Source: Antedon mediterranea (taxonomy: Eukaryota > Animalia > Echinodermata). Taken from it: a DNA stretch of 64,000 bases. Each line of letters opens with the position of its first letter. Within the stretch, counting starts at the first letter, position 1. The translations under genes were made by a program, and so were the position numbers. The stretch covers positions 10,872,101 to 10,936,100 of the forward strand of contig NC_092677.1 of assembly GCF_964355755.1 (NCBI RefSeq), in the 5' to 3' direction. Below the pieces are notes generated by a model. The model was not told where the DNA came from. It saw nothing but the letters and a program-made list of their open reading frames with translations, and made no database searches. This document shows positions 61,490 to 64,000 of this stretch, piece by piece.

Positions 61490-64000
61490 TTCGATAAAAC
61501 TAGTTACTATAGCACAATTGACATGCGCAGAACCCATTATTCGACTCTGCGCATGTTTATTATACTATAGTAACCATTTATGTCAAAAGTGGTTACTAGA
61601 GCACAATTGACATGCGCAGAACCCATTATTCGACTCTGCGCATGTTTATTATGCTATTGTAACCATTTATGTCAAATATTAAAAGGGTCGAAAATCGACC
61701 ATTTTTCGTAAATTTTCCTGTACTATAGGCCTAGTACAGGGATTTTTTCAAGAAATGGCCAATTTTCGACCATTTTATTTTTCGATAAAACTAGTTACTA
61801 TAGCACAATTGACATGCGCAGAACCCATTATTCGACTCTGCGCATGTTTATTATACTATAGTAACCATTTATGTCAAAAGTGGTTACTATAGCACAATTG
61901 ACATGCGCAGAACCCATTATTCGACTCTGCGCATGTTTATTATGCTATAGTAACCATTTATGTCAAATATTAAAAGGGTCGAAAATCGGGCATTTTTCGT
62001 AAATTTTCCTGTACTATAGTACAGGGATTTTTTTCAAGAAATGGCCAATTTTCGACATTTTTATTTTTCGAAAAAACTGGTTACTATAGCACAATTGAAA
62101 TGCGCAGAACCCATTATTCGACTCTGCCTATGTTTATTATGCTATAGTAACCATTTATGACAAAAGTGGTTACTATAGCACAATTGACATGCGCAGAACC
62201 CATTACTTGACTCTGCGCGTGTTTATTATGCTGTAGTAAACATTTATGTCAAAAAATAAAAGGGTCGAAAATCGACCATTTTTCGTAAATTTTCCTGTAC
62301 AGGGATTTTTTCAAGAAATGGCAAATTTTCGACCATTTTATTTTTCGATAAAACTAGTTACTATAGCACAATTGACATGCGCAGAACCCATTATTCGACT
62401 CTGCGCATGTTTATTATACTATAGTAACCATTGATGTCAAAAGTGGTTACTATAGCACAATTGACATGCGCAGAACCCATTATTTGACTCTACGCATGTT
62501 TATTATGCTATAGTAACCATTTATGTCAAAAAATAAAAGGGTCGAAAATCAGCCAAATTTCGTAAATTTTCCTGTACTATAGTACAGGGATTTTTTCAAG
62601 AAATGGCCAATTTTCGACCATTTTATTTTTCGATAAAACTAGTTACTATAGCACAATTGACATGCGCAGAACCCATTATTCGACTCTGCGCATGTTTATT
62701 ATACTATAGTAACCATTTATGTCAAAAGTGGTTACTATAGCACAATTGACATGCGCAGAACCCATTATTCGACTCTGCGCATGTTTATTATGCTATAGTA
62801 ACCATTTATGTCAAATATTAAAAGGGTCGAAAATCGGGCATTTTTCGTAAATTTTTCTGTACTATAGTACAGGGATTTTTTTCAAGAAATGGCCAATTTT
62901 CGACATTTTTATTTTTCGAAAAAACTGGTTACTATAGCACAATTGAAATGCGCAGAACCCATTATTCGACTCTGCCTATGTTTATTATGCTATAGTAACC
63001 ATTTATGACAAAAGTGGTTACTATAGCACAATTGACATGCGCAGAACCCATTACTTGACTCTGCGCGTGTTTATTATGCTGTAGTAAACATTTATGTCAA
63101 AAAATAAAAGGGTCGAAAATCGACCATTTTTCGTAAATTTTCCTGTACAGGGATTTTTTCAAGAAATGGCCAATTTTCGACCATTTTATTTTTCGATAAA
63201 ACTGGTTACTATAGCACAATTGACATGCGCAGAACCCATTATTCGACTCTGCGCATGTTTATTATACTATAGTAACCATTTATGTCAAGAGTGGTTACTA
63301 TAGCACAATTGACATGCGCAGAACCCATTATTCGACTCTGCGCATGTTTATTATGCTATAGTAACCATTTATGTCAAAAAATAAAAGGGTCGAAAATCGG
63401 CCATTTTTCGTAAATTTTCCTGTACCATAGTACAGGGATTTTTTCGAGAAATGGCCAATTTTCGACATTTTTATTTTTCGAAAAAACTGATTACTATAGC
63501 ACAATTGAAATGCGCAGAACCCATTATTCGACTATGCCCATGTTTATTATGCTATAGTAACCATTTATGTCAAAAGTGGTTACTATAGCACAATTGACAT
63601 GCGCAGAACCCATTATTTGACTCTGCGCGTGTTTATTATGCTATAGTAACCATTTATGTCAAAAAATAAAAGGGTTGAATATCAGCCATTTTTCGTAAAT
63701 TTTCCTTACTATAGTACAGGGATTTTTCAAAAAATGGCCAATTTTCGACCTTTTTATTTTTTGATAAAACTGGTTACTATAGCACAATTGACATGCGCAG
63801 AACCCATTATTTGACTCTGCGCATGTTTATTATGCTATAGTAACCATTTATGTCAAAGGTGGTTACTATAGCACATTTGACATGCGCAGAACCTATTATT
63901 CGACTCTGCGCATGTTTATTATGCTATAGTAACCATTTATGTCAAAAAATAAAAGGGTCGAAAATCGACCATTTTTCGTAAATTTTCCTGTACTATAGTA
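61490..64000. repeat. Satellite array: 277-291-bp monomers, each with two ~89-bp hairpin subunits plus a spacer, in an 848-bp three-monomer higher-order repeat; continues past the window end, with a degenerate lead-in from ~60900
   Basis: Monomer starts at ~61503, 61794, 62080, 62357, 62642, 62928, 63205, 63490 and 63773. Matching ORFs at 62246 and 63094 are 848 bp apart. Confidence 0.93.

Noticed and set aside
62246-63303. Duplicated 62-69-aa ORFs as a gene pair
   Set aside because: They are translations of satellite monomers one higher-order period apart.

Overview
AT-rich, intron-rich animal genomic DNA. It is from an invertebrate; the gene and SINE content fit an invertebrate deuterostome such as an echinoderm, but this is an inference. 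Hand splicing gives six protein-coding genes. These are the 3' end of ARL2BP (+), a complete 15-coding-exon NUP93 (-), a JmjC/cupin-type protein with a predicted membrane anchor (+), two tandem MARVEL-domain (plasmolipin/CMTM-like) paralogues (-), and a ~1426-aa CYLD-type deubiquitinase (+). The CYLD gene is unusual. About six death-domain exons and five short linker exons, all symmetric phase 1-1, lie between CAP-Gly 2 and CAP-Gly 3. It also has a duplicated stop-containing mini-exon that would cut off the catalytic His/Asp. Upstream of it is a 5.4-kb foldback element with 1536-bp inverted arms. Each arm starts on its inner side with a minimal hammerhead-ribozyme motif, and the arms enclose an RT-deleted Penelope-like GIY-YIG retroelement. 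The rest is nested non-autonomous DNA transposons (Harbinger-, pogo-, Kolobok-, hAT- and Helitron-like), SINE/LINE fragments, minisatellites and a palindromic higher-order satellite that runs off the right end. All exon models and family assignments were made by eye, with no database searches.
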